Positions 43,709-53,087 of a DNA stretch of 64,000 nt are shown here, in pieces. The notes beneath the pieces were generated by a model, which was given only the letters and a program-made list of their open reading frames with translations, ran no database searches and had not been told where the DNA came from. Source of the DNA: an uncultured bacterium (GTDB lineage Bacteria; Muiribacteriota; Ozemobacteria; Ozemobacterales; Ozemobacteraceae); assembly GCA_964474705.1 (NCBI GenBank), contig CAYYUI010000004.1, positions 7,373 to 71,372 on the forward strand. The letters are read 5' to 3'. The first letter of the stretch is position 1; the number at the start of each line of letters is the position of its first letter. A program made the translations under genes and the position numbers.

Positions 43709-45328
43709 ATGAGAAAAAAGAATGTAGTAATTGGCTTTCTCGGCACCGTTCTCGACCGGCGTGGCAAACAGAATCGCTGGGAAAACTGGCGCCCTTCGGT
43801 TGCCGTCTGCCAGCACGAAGACCTGCTGATCGACAGATTTCATCTGCTGTGCAGTCACCGCGACGTTTCACTCGCTGATCAGGTAAAAGCCGATATTGCT
43901 GCCATTTCGCCTGAAACAGAAGTAAAGATTGAATTCGTCGAGTTTAAAAACCCCTGGGATTTCGAGGAAGTCTTTTCCGGGATGCTCGACTATTCACACC
44001 AGTACAAGTTCAAAGAGAATGAAGAATATCTGATGCATATCACCACCGGCACCCACGTCACCCAGATATGCACCTTTCTCCTCACCGAAGCCGGCTTTTT
44101 TCCGGGCAAACTGTTGCAGACCGGCCCGGGCCGACACAATTCCCCACCCGGCAGTTACGAAATCATCGATCTCGACCTGTCGAGATACGACAGCATCGCC
44201 CGTCGGTTCGCCCAGCAGACGGTAGACGATATTTCATTTCTCAAATCCGGCATAAAAACCCGCAACCCGCATTTCAACGCCCTGATCGCCGAAGTCGAAA
44301 AAGTCACCCTGCGCAGCGACATGCCGATTATGCTTTCAGGGCCAACTGGTGCCGGGAAATCCAGGCTGGCGCGACAGATATTCGAACTGCGGCGGCAGCA
44401 CAACAGAATCAAAGGCAGGTTTATCGAAGTTAACTGCGCCACTCTGCGTGGTGATATGGCAATGTCGGTGCTGTTCGGCCACAAAAAGGGTGCCTTCACC
44501 GGTGCAACCGAGAATCGCGATGGTCTGCTCAAGACAGCCAACGGCGGCATTCTCTTTCTCGATGAGATCGGCGAACTTGGTCTCGACGAACAGGCGATGC
44601 TGCTGCGCGCTATCGAAGAAAAAGTTTATCTGCCGGTAGGCTCTGACAAAGAAGTTAACAGCGACTTTCAGCTGATAACCGGCACCAACCGAAATCTTCG
44701 TGATGAATGCCGTGCCGGTCGTTTCAGACAAGACCTGCTGGCCCGCATAAAATTCTGGGAATTCACCATTCCGGGTCTCAAAGACAGGCCCGAAGATATC
44801 GAACCGAACATCGACTTTGAACTGCAGCAGCACTCAAAACGGCTTGGCGAACCGGTCGGCTTCAGCAGTGAAGCTCGTCAGCGGTTCACAAGCTTCGCGA
44901 CATCGGCAGAAGCACTCTGGACCGCGAATTTTCGCGACCTCAACAGCTCACTGACCCGCATGATCACCTTATCTGAAGGGCACCGAATCGGCACAACCGA
45001 AGTCGAACAGGAAATACGTAAACTTCAGAACGGCTGGGGCCAGGAAAGTAACGGCGAGAACGGGCAATCTAGATTGATTGCTGCGCTTCTGTCGCCAGAA
45101 ACTCTTGCCGGTCTCGATCTTTTCGATCGCATACAACTTGAAAAGGTTCTGGAAATCTGCCTTGTCTGTGACAGTATGGCCGAGGCCGGCCGCCGCCTGT
45201 TCGGCAATTCGATACGCAACAAGCAGTCGAGCAACGATTCAGACCGGCTGCGAAAATATCTGCAGCGCTTCGGCATCAGCTGGAAAAACATTGCCGGCGC
45301 TGCAAACACAGCTTCAGCTGACCTCTGA
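43709..45328 (+). CDS. rtcR: sigma54-dependent activator RtcR (CARF-type N-terminal domain, AAA+, HTH)
   Basis: MRKKNVVIGFLGTVLDRRGK..RWENWRPSV..HITTGTHV is RtcR-like. Walker A GPTGAGKS and the GAFTGA loop are present. The gene is divergent from rtcA/rtcB. Confidence 0.9.
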   Translation: MRKKNVVIGFLGTVLDRRGKQNRWENWRPSVAVCQHEDLLIDRFHLLCSHRDVSLADQVKADIAAISPETEVKIEFVEFKNPWDFEEVFSGMLDYSHQYKFKENEEYLMHITTGTHVTQICTFLLTEAGFFPGKLLQTGPGRHNSPPGSYEIIDLDLSRYDSIARRFAQQTVDDISFLKSGIKTRNPHFNALIAEVEKVTLRSDMPIMLSGPTGAGKSRLARQIFELRRQHNRIKGRFIEVNCATLRGDMAMSVLFGHKKGAFTGATENRDGLLKTANGGILFLDEIGELGLDEQAMLLRAIEEKVYLPVGSDKEVNSDFQLITGTNRNLRDECRAGRFRQDLLARIKFWEFTIPGLKDRPEDIEPNIDFELQQHSKRLGEPVGFSSEARQRFTSFATSAEALWTANFRDLNSSLTRMITLSEGHRIGTTEVEQEIRKLQNGWGQESNGENGQSRLIAALLSPETLAGLDLFDRIQLEKVLEICLVCDSMAEAGRRLFGNSIRNKQSSNDSDRLRKYLQRFGISWKNIAGAANTASADL

Positions 45329-45355
45329 CCGGCCTATAAAGGTTCTCTAAAAGCA

Positions 45356-45382
45356 GCACAGCGCCACAGAATGGCGCTGTGC
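45356..45382. terminator. bidirectional stem-loop GCACAGCGCCA-CAGAA-TGGCGCTGTGC
   Basis: Perfect 11-bp stem between convergent genes. Confidence 0.65.
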
Positions 45383-45409
45383 AAACAAACAGATTAACGA
45401 TCGATCGAA

Positions 45410-46774
45410 TCAGTTCGAGAATTCCTTGCCGAGCATGACCACGGTTTTAACGAAGTTGTAGCGGGCCGGGTTGATCTCTTTCAGATAGGCCGGGGTAGCG
45501 TAATACATCACTGCTGCCTGAGTCATATCGACATAGGCATCGTAGGTCGTCATGTTCTTGTCGAAAGTGGTTTTCCATTTGGTGGTGACTTCAGGGTGAA
45601 AATACAGAAACCGCAGGGTCATCTCGCGGATGAGGGTCTGTTTGAAACGCTTGCCCCTGGCGGCATCATCGAGAGTCGAAAACGATGGCATGAACCAGGA
45701 ATTCTGGGTAATGAAAACGAAACCCTCTGATGAAAAGGCCGTTTCGGTATCAGTAGTCGGCACGTAAGCGATCGCTTCGGTACAGGTCGAGAAAAACTTC
45801 GGCAGTTCGGCAAACAGTTCGGCAATGGCGCTGCGCAACAGTTCAGGTGCTTCTTTATAGCTGGCCGGCAGATTAGCTGAAGCGGTTCCAACATCGACCT
45901 GAGTGACGATCGGCATATAATCACCGTCAGGAATCGCAGGCGGCGGGCGGGTTGCCGGAATTTCGACATTGCCGCCGGGATTGTCGTTGCCGCCGGTTGT
46001 CGTGGTATCACTGGCGACCGAAGGGTTTGTCCAGCCGGTTACCGTCTGGTTATTCATCACCATCGTTTTGACAAAATCATAGCGGCTCTTGTATTTGCTC
46101 TGCAGGTTGGAGGCTTCTGTGCAGTACATCGAAACAGCGAACGCCAGATCAACCCAGGCAGCGGTTTTGCCTGGAGCCGTAACCATGTTGATTTCGGCCG
46201 CCGGGCCGTAAACCTTGACCGGCAGCTTAGACTGGGCGGCAATACTGGCATACTTCTTCGCAATTTCGGGGTGTTCCTGGAGGAAGCCGTAAGTCATACC
46301 TCTGACCAGAATGGTTTTAAAACGATTGACCAGCTGGGTATCGGTTGGGGTGGTTTTATAAACCTCTTTGAAGCGTCTGATGAAGATGACCGACGGTGTC
46401 ATGACCCCGGCTCCGATCTGAACGATACCATGTTGATCATTGAAGCCGACATATTTTACTTCATATTGAACCGGTGACGGATCAAGGAAAACCATACGTG
46501 TCGAAGCCGTAAAACTGGCAGGGAGAGCGGCAAGAACATCCTTGATCGCCTGAACGTAACTCAGGCTCCACTGGTTCTGGTTTTCGGCCTGATCTTCGGC
46601 GACGACTACGTCATATTTTGCACTGATCGAGTCTTTCAGAGCAGTCAGAGCATCGGTGCCGGTAGCTACTTCGAGAGTCTGGTAAACTGAATCGAGATAA
46701 CTGGCATTCTGTGCCCTGACGGGAACAACCAGCAGCGTTGCGCACAGAACGAACAGAGCGATCAGCTTTTTCAT
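45410..46774 (-). CDS. secreted protein made of two tandem inactive copies of the adjacent zincin-like domain
   Basis: Signal peptide. The segments FKTILVRGMTYGF..SRYDFVKTMVM and FKQTLIREMTLRF..ARYNFVKTVVMLGKEF align with FKRTLVHEMTHCF..NRYNFIKQYVMDGKEY of the gene at 46787, but both His of HExxH are replaced. Confidence 0.6.
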   Translation of the reverse strand: MKKLIALFVLCATLLVVPVRAQNASYLDSVYQTLEVATGTDALTALKDSISAKYDVVVAEDQAENQNQWSLSYVQAIKDVLAALPASFTASTRMVFLDPSPVQYEVKYVGFNDQHGIVQIGAGVMTPSVIFIRRFKEVYKTTPTDTQLVNRFKTILVRGMTYGFLQEHPEIAKKYASIAAQSKLPVKVYGPAAEINMVTAPGKTAAWVDLAFAVSMYCTEASNLQSKYKSRYDFVKTMVMNNQTVTGWTNPSVASDTTTTGGNDNPGGNVEIPATRPPPAIPDGDYMPIVTQVDVGTASANLPASYKEAPELLRSAIAELFAELPKFFSTCTEAIAYVPTTDTETAFSSEGFVFITQNSWFMPSFSTLDDAARGKRFKQTLIREMTLRFLYFHPEVTTKWKTTFDKNMTTYDAYVDMTQAAVMYYATPAYLKEINPARYNFVKTVVMLGKEFSN

Positions 46775-46786
46775 AGACTGATTCCT

Positions 46787-48019
46787 TTACTGCAGATATT
46801 CTTTGCCATCCATTACATACTGCTTGATGAAGTTGTAGCGGTTGAGATCCATGGTGGCGCCGCTTCTGGAAACGAACATGCCGTTTCTGATCGAGCCGCC
46901 GGTGTAATAGGTGGCTACTGATTCTGCCATGTCTTCAGCGGGCTGCGTACGGCCGTAGCCGGTCGGGCTGGTGCCGGACAGACGACCACCCGGCCAGAAT
47001 CTGCCTGCCCAGGCCTGGTAGACCTGCGGGTAGGTATTCTGAAAACAATGAGTCATTTCATGCACGAGAGTGCGTTTGAAATTATGCTTCAGATATGCCA
47101 TCTGTTCAGCCTGAGTGGGTGCGCGCCCGTAAGCTGCCACCATGGAATTGTAGGCATTCTGGGTCATCGACACGCTGAGGTCGAGCATGTGAACCTTGCG
47201 CTGCGGCACCATAACATAGGCTGAAGCACTTGGCGGAATAAAGGAAGCGTTCGGCTGCCCGTCACGATAAACGACATCGGTGCATTTTCTGAAGAATGAG
47301 GGCAGCTCGCTAAATGTTTCATTGGCGGCATTCAGCTGGTTGATGCTCCAGGAGCAGTTATTGGCACCATCGGTCAGACTGATGCCGTATTTGGCCAGAA
47401 CCGCCGCCCGCACCGCTTCTTTATCTGTTGCAGTACCGGTAGAAGTGGCGGTGGCAGTAGAGGTCGAAGTAGAGGTAGCCGTTGCCGTCGAAGTCGAAGT
47501 GGCGGTCGAGGTCGAGGTCGAAGTCGAAGTCGAAGTTGCGGTGGATGTAGACGTAGATGTGGCCGTGGATGTGGACGTAGAAGTTGCAGTGGCGGTAGAT
47601 GTAGAGGTCCTGGTGACTGTAGATGTAGAGGTTGTGGTTCTGGTAGCGGTAGAGGTCGAAGTGGCGGTGGCTGTCGGCTTGGGGAAAATGCGTTCGCAGG
47701 GGATGACGACAATGACGATGCGGGTGCCGCACATTCGGCCGGCAATGACGCGCATGATGCTGTTGATCACCGACTGCAGCTTTTCCATGGCTTTCTGCTG
47801 CGCCGGATCGCCGACCGGGTCAGGAACATCGACAACTTCCGGATTGTCGTCGGTGCCGGCATAGGAGGCTTCGGGCCTGTCGGTGATTACTGAAGTGCCG
47901 GAGTTGCCGGCGCGATAAATGGTGTCAAGATAACTTTCGCCTTGCGCCGTAACCGGCACTGCACCGGCCACGACAAACAAAACCGTGGCCAACAGCGCGA
48001 TCATCAGTCGTCTGTTCAT
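46787..48019 (-). CDS. secreted HExxH zincin-like metallopeptidase with long Thr/Ser/Ala linker
   Basis: Signal peptide, a linker of about 85 aa built of TSTSTAT-type repeats, then LVHEMTHCFQ plus a downstream PAEDMAES. Confidence 0.6.
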   Translation of the reverse strand: MNRRLMIALLATVLFVVAGAVPVTAQGESYLDTIYRAGNSGTSVITDRPEASYAGTDDNPEVVDVPDPVGDPAQQKAMEKLQSVINSIMRVIAGRMCGTRIVIVVIPCERIFPKPTATATSTSTATRTTTSTSTVTRTSTSTATATSTSTSTATSTSTSTATSTSTSTSTSTATSTSTATATSTSTSTATATSTGTATDKEAVRAAVLAKYGISLTDGANNCSWSINQLNAANETFSELPSFFRKCTDVVYRDGQPNASFIPPSASAYVMVPQRKVHMLDLSVSMTQNAYNSMVAAYGRAPTQAEQMAYLKHNFKRTLVHEMTHCFQNTYPQVYQAWAGRFWPGGRLSGTSPTGYGRTQPAEDMAESVATYYTGGSIRNGMFVSRSGATMDLNRYNFIKQYVMDGKEYLQ

Positions 48020-48093
48020 TTTCAGCCTCCCCGCCCGTACATGATGTTCATCTAATTATACGCATTTTTTCTGGAGTTCGTTGCAAAAAATCT

Positions 48094-48660
48094 TCAGGGA
48101 TTGTTAAGTTGACGATTGAGGCGGGAAGGAAAAATTGCGGTTTTGATGGCAAATGGCTTTTCACGGCCGGTCGCAGTTTTCAGCTGCAGATCGATGGCGA
48201 CGCTGAGCCGGAATGTTCCTGAACCTGGCGTGGCAAATCTTTCGAGCTGCAGCTGCCAGGTCAAAGATGCCACATGGCTCTTTATCAAAACCTTTTCGCC
48301 GCCGTGATCTTCGCGCCGGCTTATGCTGCCGCCACCCGGGATAGGATCATACTGATAAACAACCGGCAGAATTTTGCCACGGGCGCTGCTGTAGATGTTG
48401 AAGGTCAGCTGAGCCGGCGCTGCCTGTATCTGTTTGTCAATGCCACCTGCCGGGCCGCTGAGAACGGCATTGTTAAGATCGGTACGCAGGCGGGCGAGAA
48501 AAAGCGCGCTCTCCTGCATCAGAACTGCTACATTCTCACTGCGCGAATAGCCCTGACGAAAATTGATGAAAAGCATGATGGCTATACCGAGAAAAACTCC
48601 TGAAATCCCGCAGACAACGAGTATTTCGGCAAGGGTGAAGCCGCGTTTATAGATTTTCAT
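48094..48660 (-). CDS. GspJ-like pseudopilin (prepilin-type N-terminal methylation motif)
   Basis: MKIYKRG-FTLAEILVV has Glu at +5. Confidence 0.7.
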   Translation of the reverse strand: MKIYKRGFTLAEILVVCGISGVFLGIAIMLFINFRQGYSRSENVAVLMQESALFLARLRTDLNNAVLSGPAGGIDKQIQAAPAQLTFNIYSSARGKILPVVYQYDPIPGGGSISRREDHGGEKVLIKSHVASLTWQLQLERFATPGSGTFRLSVAIDLQLKTATGREKPFAIKTAIFPSRLNRQLNNP

Positions 48661-49087
48661 TGGCCACCAGCGTTTTCAAAGTGAATTCACGCATTCTGTC
48701 AGAAGCCCTGGCAGATGGAAAAGCGATTTTGACAGTAATTTTCTTGAATACAACCCGATTATTACGCCTGATTTCCTCGATCGCCAGCGACGGTTTGAGT
48801 TCAGACGACGCGGTGAGCCTGAACACTGCCGGACCGCCGGCAAAGGCCCTGCCGTCAGCAATCAGGCTGGAATCATAATTTCCTGGCCGGATAAGATTGA
48901 AAGGCAGCGAGATAATCTGTTCCATCAGTTCGAGAGCTGCAGTGTGCGCCCGAAACTCGCCTTCAGTGACCTGAATGTTAACGTTGCCTGAAGAAAAGGT
49001 CATAAAAACCGGCAGCATGATCATCGACAGAATGCCCATCGACAGCACGATTTCAACCAGCGAAATACCCAGACGTCGATTATTCAT
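48647..49087 (-). CDS. GspI-like small pseudopilin
   Basis: MNNRRLG-ISLVEIVLSMGIL has Glu at +5. The start at 49087 overlaps the upstream stop by 8 nt. The longer track ORF runs inside the upstream gene. Confidence 0.6.
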   Translation of the reverse strand: MNNRRLGISLVEIVLSMGILSMIMLPVFMTFSSGNVNIQVTEGEFRAHTAALELMEQIISLPFNLIRPGNYDSSLIADGRAFAGGPAVFRLTASSELKPSLAIEEIRRNNRVVFKKITVKIAFPSARASDRMREFTLKTLVANENL

Positions 49088-51191
49088 TCCAATATGAATC
49101 CCTCGGGTCGACAAACACCTTGTAAAATCGGTCATAACCGGAATAAGTCGGATCCTGGCCGGCTCTGAAGCGCACCATGCCGCCCTGAAAGCGATGATCG
49201 GCGTATATGGAACCCACACACAGAGTGCCGAACAGATCGAACTTTGAACCATAGGCCAGTTCGGCATCTGGAGCAATCAGGTTCACGTGGTTCGGCTGCG
49301 TCGAGGCAAATGAAACCGAGCCGCTGCCCCGCAGAACGACGGTCAGGGCCTGGTCGGCGGCCGCACATGAAATACCACGCAAAACCAGGTTGCCTGACTC
49401 GATAACGATGATACCACCGCCTTTTACTACCATCGGCTGAGGCTTTCCGGCTGCAGGAATCTGCATATCGAGACCGCGCGGGTTTCTGATTCTGACTACG
49501 GCGTTCAGCTCGAGCTCACCCTGCTGGTTGAGGTAGCGGTCCCAGAATTCACTTATTGTTTCGACCTCGACCTGAACCCGACCGGCCAGCTGCTGCGCCA
49601 CGCTTTCCGCTGATGGTCTCCCTTTGAAAAAAACGTGCTGATCACGCTGCAAAGTCAGCTGATCAGATGCTTCGGCAGTGAAAGCACGCGTCGACGAGGG
49701 AAAAGTGCGACCAGGCCGCGCATCGAGAACATCCTGCATGCTGTTGTAGGAATCCATGTAGGGGAGTTCCACCACCCGGCTCATCAGAGAGGCATATTCC
49801 TCGTATGATTTGAAAAGCATGCCGGTCTTCAGCAGCGGACCGCCAACGCTGCGGCGACCGACCTCATCTATATCGACCGAGTTGTTATAATCATCGCCTG
49901 AGATGGAGCGCAGCAGATACAGAGGCGGGGGGCTGGCCGCCGTAAAAAGTGATGCAACATCGGCTTCTTCAGGTTTGATTTCAAGATTGGCAAACCTGAT
50001 GAATGCAGCCATGACCGGCCCAAAAATTCTGGTGCGCGACTGATAGCCCTTTCGGGCATCCCCATAGAGATGCAGAAGCGAGGATTTTGAACTGTAATGA
50101 TTCTTTTCGCCGGTAGAAAGGATATTGCCTTCGTACATCGCTTCTGATTCTTTTCGACTGCTGCGATCATGGAAACCGTCGAGCACAAAACTGTGCCCGA
50201 AGCTGTAACTGACCTGTCTGATCGATTCGTTGCTTTTATCCCAGGGGAGCTGCAATGGCCCCGGAAAAGTTTCCGGCAGAGAGTTGGCCGGGGTAGTGAA
50301 CTTGACCGGAGAAAAAACATTTGGATTGCTGACATCATAAAAGTGAAAGATTTCGCCCAGATCACCAGCCCCGGAACATAGATTCAGCCTGATGCCACGG
50401 CCCCCGAGCCACAGCCAGCCACGGCGCTGCCAGACATCAGCCAGCTTCTCTTCTTTGAAAACATCAGCAATATTGCCGGGCTCAAGAGGAGTGTCGGGTG
50501 TCGCGTGGTTGTAACAGACCAGAGGGCGCGGGCCATCGGTGATCATACCGCGGTAATCGTTGCGGATAAGATTGAAGGCATCTTCACTGCGCCGGGCTGC
50601 ATCACCTACATACATGGTGAACTTGCCCAGCACTCCTGGAACTGAGCTGGTCACCCGTACCTGGCGCCTGATCGAGATTTTCCGTTGTGAGGCCTTGTAG
50701 ACACCCGTAGCCTCGATGACCAGAAAACCATTTCGGGCAACCGGATCAGCCCATACCGACGGGTCGGTTTCACTGGCTTCAAAATCACGCAGCCAGACAT
50801 CGACACGAATCGACGCGTCCTTGTCGACCTCACGGGCGAAACCTTCAAGATCACGATTCCAGCTGGCATCAAGAAGGTCATTGATACAGGTATCGTTGAA
50901 TTCACCAGGTTTAAACAGTAATTTTGCCAGTTCTTTGGCCCCGGAGCCGCTTTCAAGATTACGGGTAATACTGGCACGTACAGCCCCTATACTGCTGTTT
51001 ATACCGGCTTCCGCGAGAAAATGTGCCACTTCGCCGTTGACAATCGTCTGCATGCCACTGTGCTGGTGACCGACGAATGTATATAGAGACACAGCCAGAA
51101 TCAGCAGAACTGTGCCGATGATCAGAGCGATCATGATGGCGAACCCACGTGTTCCCGCGGTAATCTTAACTGACTGGAAATCTGCTGGCAT
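49080..51191 (-). CDS. large GspK-like minor pseudopilin-type protein (703 aa)
   Basis: The N-terminus TRG-FAIMIALIIGTVLLILAV is a prepilin-like helix without Glu+5. The large extracytoplasmic region has no recognised family. Confidence 0.45.
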   Translation of the reverse strand: MPADFQSVKITAGTRGFAIMIALIIGTVLLILAVSLYTFVGHQHSGMQTIVNGEVAHFLAEAGINSSIGAVRASITRNLESGSGAKELAKLLFKPGEFNDTCINDLLDASWNRDLEGFAREVDKDASIRVDVWLRDFEASETDPSVWADPVARNGFLVIEATGVYKASQRKISIRRQVRVTSSVPGVLGKFTMYVGDAARRSEDAFNLIRNDYRGMITDGPRPLVCYNHATPDTPLEPGNIADVFKEEKLADVWQRRGWLWLGGRGIRLNLCSGAGDLGEIFHFYDVSNPNVFSPVKFTTPANSLPETFPGPLQLPWDKSNESIRQVSYSFGHSFVLDGFHDRSSRKESEAMYEGNILSTGEKNHYSSKSSLLHLYGDARKGYQSRTRIFGPVMAAFIRFANLEIKPEEADVASLFTAASPPPLYLLRSISGDDYNNSVDIDEVGRRSVGGPLLKTGMLFKSYEEYASLMSRVVELPYMDSYNSMQDVLDARPGRTFPSSTRAFTAEASDQLTLQRDQHVFFKGRPSAESVAQQLAGRVQVEVETISEFWDRYLNQQGELELNAVVRIRNPRGLDMQIPAAGKPQPMVVKGGGIIVIESGNLVLRGISCAAADQALTVVLRGSGSVSFASTQPNHVNLIAPDAELAYGSKFDLFGTLCVGSIYADHRFQGGMVRFRAGQDPTYSGYDRFYKVFVDPRDSYWNE

Positions 51192-51197
51192 AGTAAA

Positions 51198-51226
51198 ATA
51201 ATCTCAACCCAACCGACTATTGTCAA
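51198..51226 (-). promoter_or_regulatory. possible sigma70 promoter TTGACA-N17-GATTAT that would give a near-leaderless mRNA
   Basis: The -35 (51226..51221) lies inside the palindrome TTGTCAACCGCATTGACAA. The -10 ends 6 nt before the ATG at 51191, and no SD is visible. Confidence 0.3.
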
Positions 51227-51286
51227 CCGCATTGACAAAACTCTGGGCAAAATGAATTATAATGAATACCAAATACGGAGGAATCC

Positions 51287-51757
51287 ATGAAAGCTGTAAT
51301 GATTGTCTGCATGTTACTGATCGGAATCGGAGGCTTTGCCATGATTGAAACCTATAGTCTCGAGCAGCTTACCGGCGGCGCCGACTGTATTGTCAAAGGC
51401 AAAATCACCGCGATCAAAGAAACCGGCCGATTGCCGGAAGGGCCTGAGATTCTTGCCTGTCTCTTCGAAATCGATGAAACCCTCAAGGGTGAGCCAAAAG
51501 CAGGTGAAAGCATCAAAATCAAAAACTACCGGGGCATCGAAGATTACCCCGAATTCAAAAATGGCGCGACCTATCTGTTGTTTCTAAAAAAGGCCGAGGG
51601 GCATTTCGAGTTGTTCAACGGCGTACAGGGCAGCTGGCCGGTCGACACCGAAGGCCGCTTCCAGGGGATGGGCTACGGAAAAACTCTTGAACAGGTCAAA
51701 GCGGTTCTTGAATCCATTCCGCTCAAACAACCGAAGTTTCAGCCTCTAACCTTTTAA
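51287..51757 (+). CDS. secreted hypothetical protein
   Basis: N-terminal hydrophobic signal, GGAGG RBS, no family recognised. Confidence 0.5.
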   Translation: MKAVMIVCMLLIGIGGFAMIETYSLEQLTGGADCIVKGKITAIKETGRLPEGPEILACLFEIDETLKGEPKAGESIKIKNYRGIEDYPEFKNGATYLLFLKKAEGHFELFNGVQGSWPVDTEGRFQGMGYGKTLEQVKAVLESIPLKQPKFQPLTF

Positions 51758-51780
51758 TTACCCTGTTTTCTGATGAAAAA

Positions 51781-51811
51781 AAACTCCCGGGAGCAGAGCC
51801 ACCGGGAGTTT
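51781..51811. terminator. bidirectional terminator AAACTCCCGG-(11 nt)-CCGGGAGTTT
   Basis: Stem flanked by an A-run and a T-run, between convergent genes. Confidence 0.75.
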
Positions 51812-51822
51812 TTGTGTAATTC

Positions 51823-52611
51823 TTATTCGCCGAGGAGATTCAGAATACTCTGACGATTTTCATCCTGGATCTTGAAAGCCTTGATGGCAAACTTTGACTG
51901 GAGCTCTGAGAGACTGAGATTGATAAGCTCTGCCGCCATATCGACATCTTCAATTCTGGACTGCGCTGCAGTGACGTTCACCAGTTCATTCTGCAGGCTG
52001 GCAACCTGACCAGAAACGGCGTTTACCGCGGCACCGATCGAGCCACGCTGTGAAGTCAAGCCGTTAAGAGCCTGGGCAATCTGAGCAACCGCATTGCTGG
52101 CCGCCTGAGTGGAGGCGACAGACATGGTTTCGATGCCGAGGGAGGCACTGCTGACCGGTGGTTGCGAAAAAGCTTCACCACCCTGCATTTTGAGCTGCAG
52201 AGAACCGTCAAGCAGATTCTGACCATTGAAGACTGTGCTGCCTGCGGTCTGATCGATCTGAGCAACCAGCTGATCTACCTCGAGCTGCATATTGGCGCGG
52301 TCAGAATCGGTCAAAGTGCCGTTGGATGCCTGAACTGCCAGTTCATTGAGACGCTGCAGCTGTTCGCCAAGCGAGCTGAGCGCCCCATCAGCGGTTTGCA
52401 ACATCGATACTTCATTTTGGCGGCTGCCGATCTGCTTGATCAGACCTCTGGTCTGAGACTCAAGACCCATGGCCATGGCCATGCCGGTAGCATCATCGCT
52501 TGCCTTGATTATTTTTTTGCCGCTTGCGAGGCGTTCTAAAGATTTCCCGCGGGCCTCGTCGGTCCGGAGAAGGTTACCGTGTACCCTGTCTGAATTTGTT
52601 CTGCTGACCAC
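51823..52611 (-). CDS. flagellin (short, D0/D1-only type)
   Basis: GTG start after AGGAGG. KSLERLASGKKIIKASDDATGMAMAMGLESQTRGL..LQTADGAL..NELAVQASNGT and the C-terminal ..AAQSRIEDVDMAAE match the flagellin N and C domains. Confidence 0.85.
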   Translation of the reverse strand: MVSRTNSDRVHGNLLRTDEARGKSLERLASGKKIIKASDDATGMAMAMGLESQTRGLIKQIGSRQNEVSMLQTADGALSSLGEQLQRLNELAVQASNGTLTDSDRANMQLEVDQLVAQIDQTAGSTVFNGQNLLDGSLQLKMQGGEAFSQPPVSSASLGIETMSVASTQAASNAVAQIAQALNGLTSQRGSIGAAVNAVSGQVASLQNELVNVTAAQSRIEDVDMAAELINLSLSELQSKFAIKAFKIQDENRQSILNLLGE

Positions 52612-52698
52612 GGTAGAGACCTCCTTGTCTGCTATTTTATCCGTACTCTAAATATATACTATTTGACGCGATTAGTCCAGTGTGGGGTGTAACCCGCT

Positions 52699-53049
52699 TC
52701 AGCCACCCATTGCCTCGACTGCTTCCTGTTCGGTGGGGTAAGCTTCGCCCATCTGAAGAAGGCCAACCATTTTAAATACACCGCTGGCAAGTTCACTGAG
52801 ACCGGTATAAGCCAGTTCGCCATTCTTCTCATCGACAATGATCTCTGCCAGCTCGATAATCTGGGCAATCCCTTGAGAGTTGATAACCGGGGAGGCGGCA
52901 AGATTGAGAATGAACTTCCGATGGCCCTCTGGCAGAGCCTTCTGAACCGTGGCAAAAATTACCGCGCCGCCGTTTTCATCAACGTACCCACATGGCCGAA
53001 GAATGAACACACCTTTGACATTCGCCGTTGTAATAGTGAAATTACTCAT
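52699..53049 (-). CDS. STAS-domain anti-sigma-factor antagonist
   Basis: SpoIIAA-like length and pattern (LNLAASPVINSQGIAQIIEL). Confidence 0.75.
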   Translation of the reverse strand: MSNFTITTANVKGVFILRPCGYVDENGGAVIFATVQKALPEGHRKFILNLAASPVINSQGIAQIIELAEIIVDEKNGELAYTGLSELASGVFKMVGLLQMGEAYPTEQEAVEAMGG

Positions 53050-53087
53050 GCCCTGATCTTATAGTTTCCTGAGAAGTATGTCAATTT

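Noticed and set aside
52612-52698. FliA (sigma28) promoter upstream of the flagellin gene (reverse strand CAAA..N17..ACGGATAA)
   Set aside because: The -10 half resembles GCCGATAA, but the spacing to a TAAA-like -35 is 2 nt too long, so it is not called.
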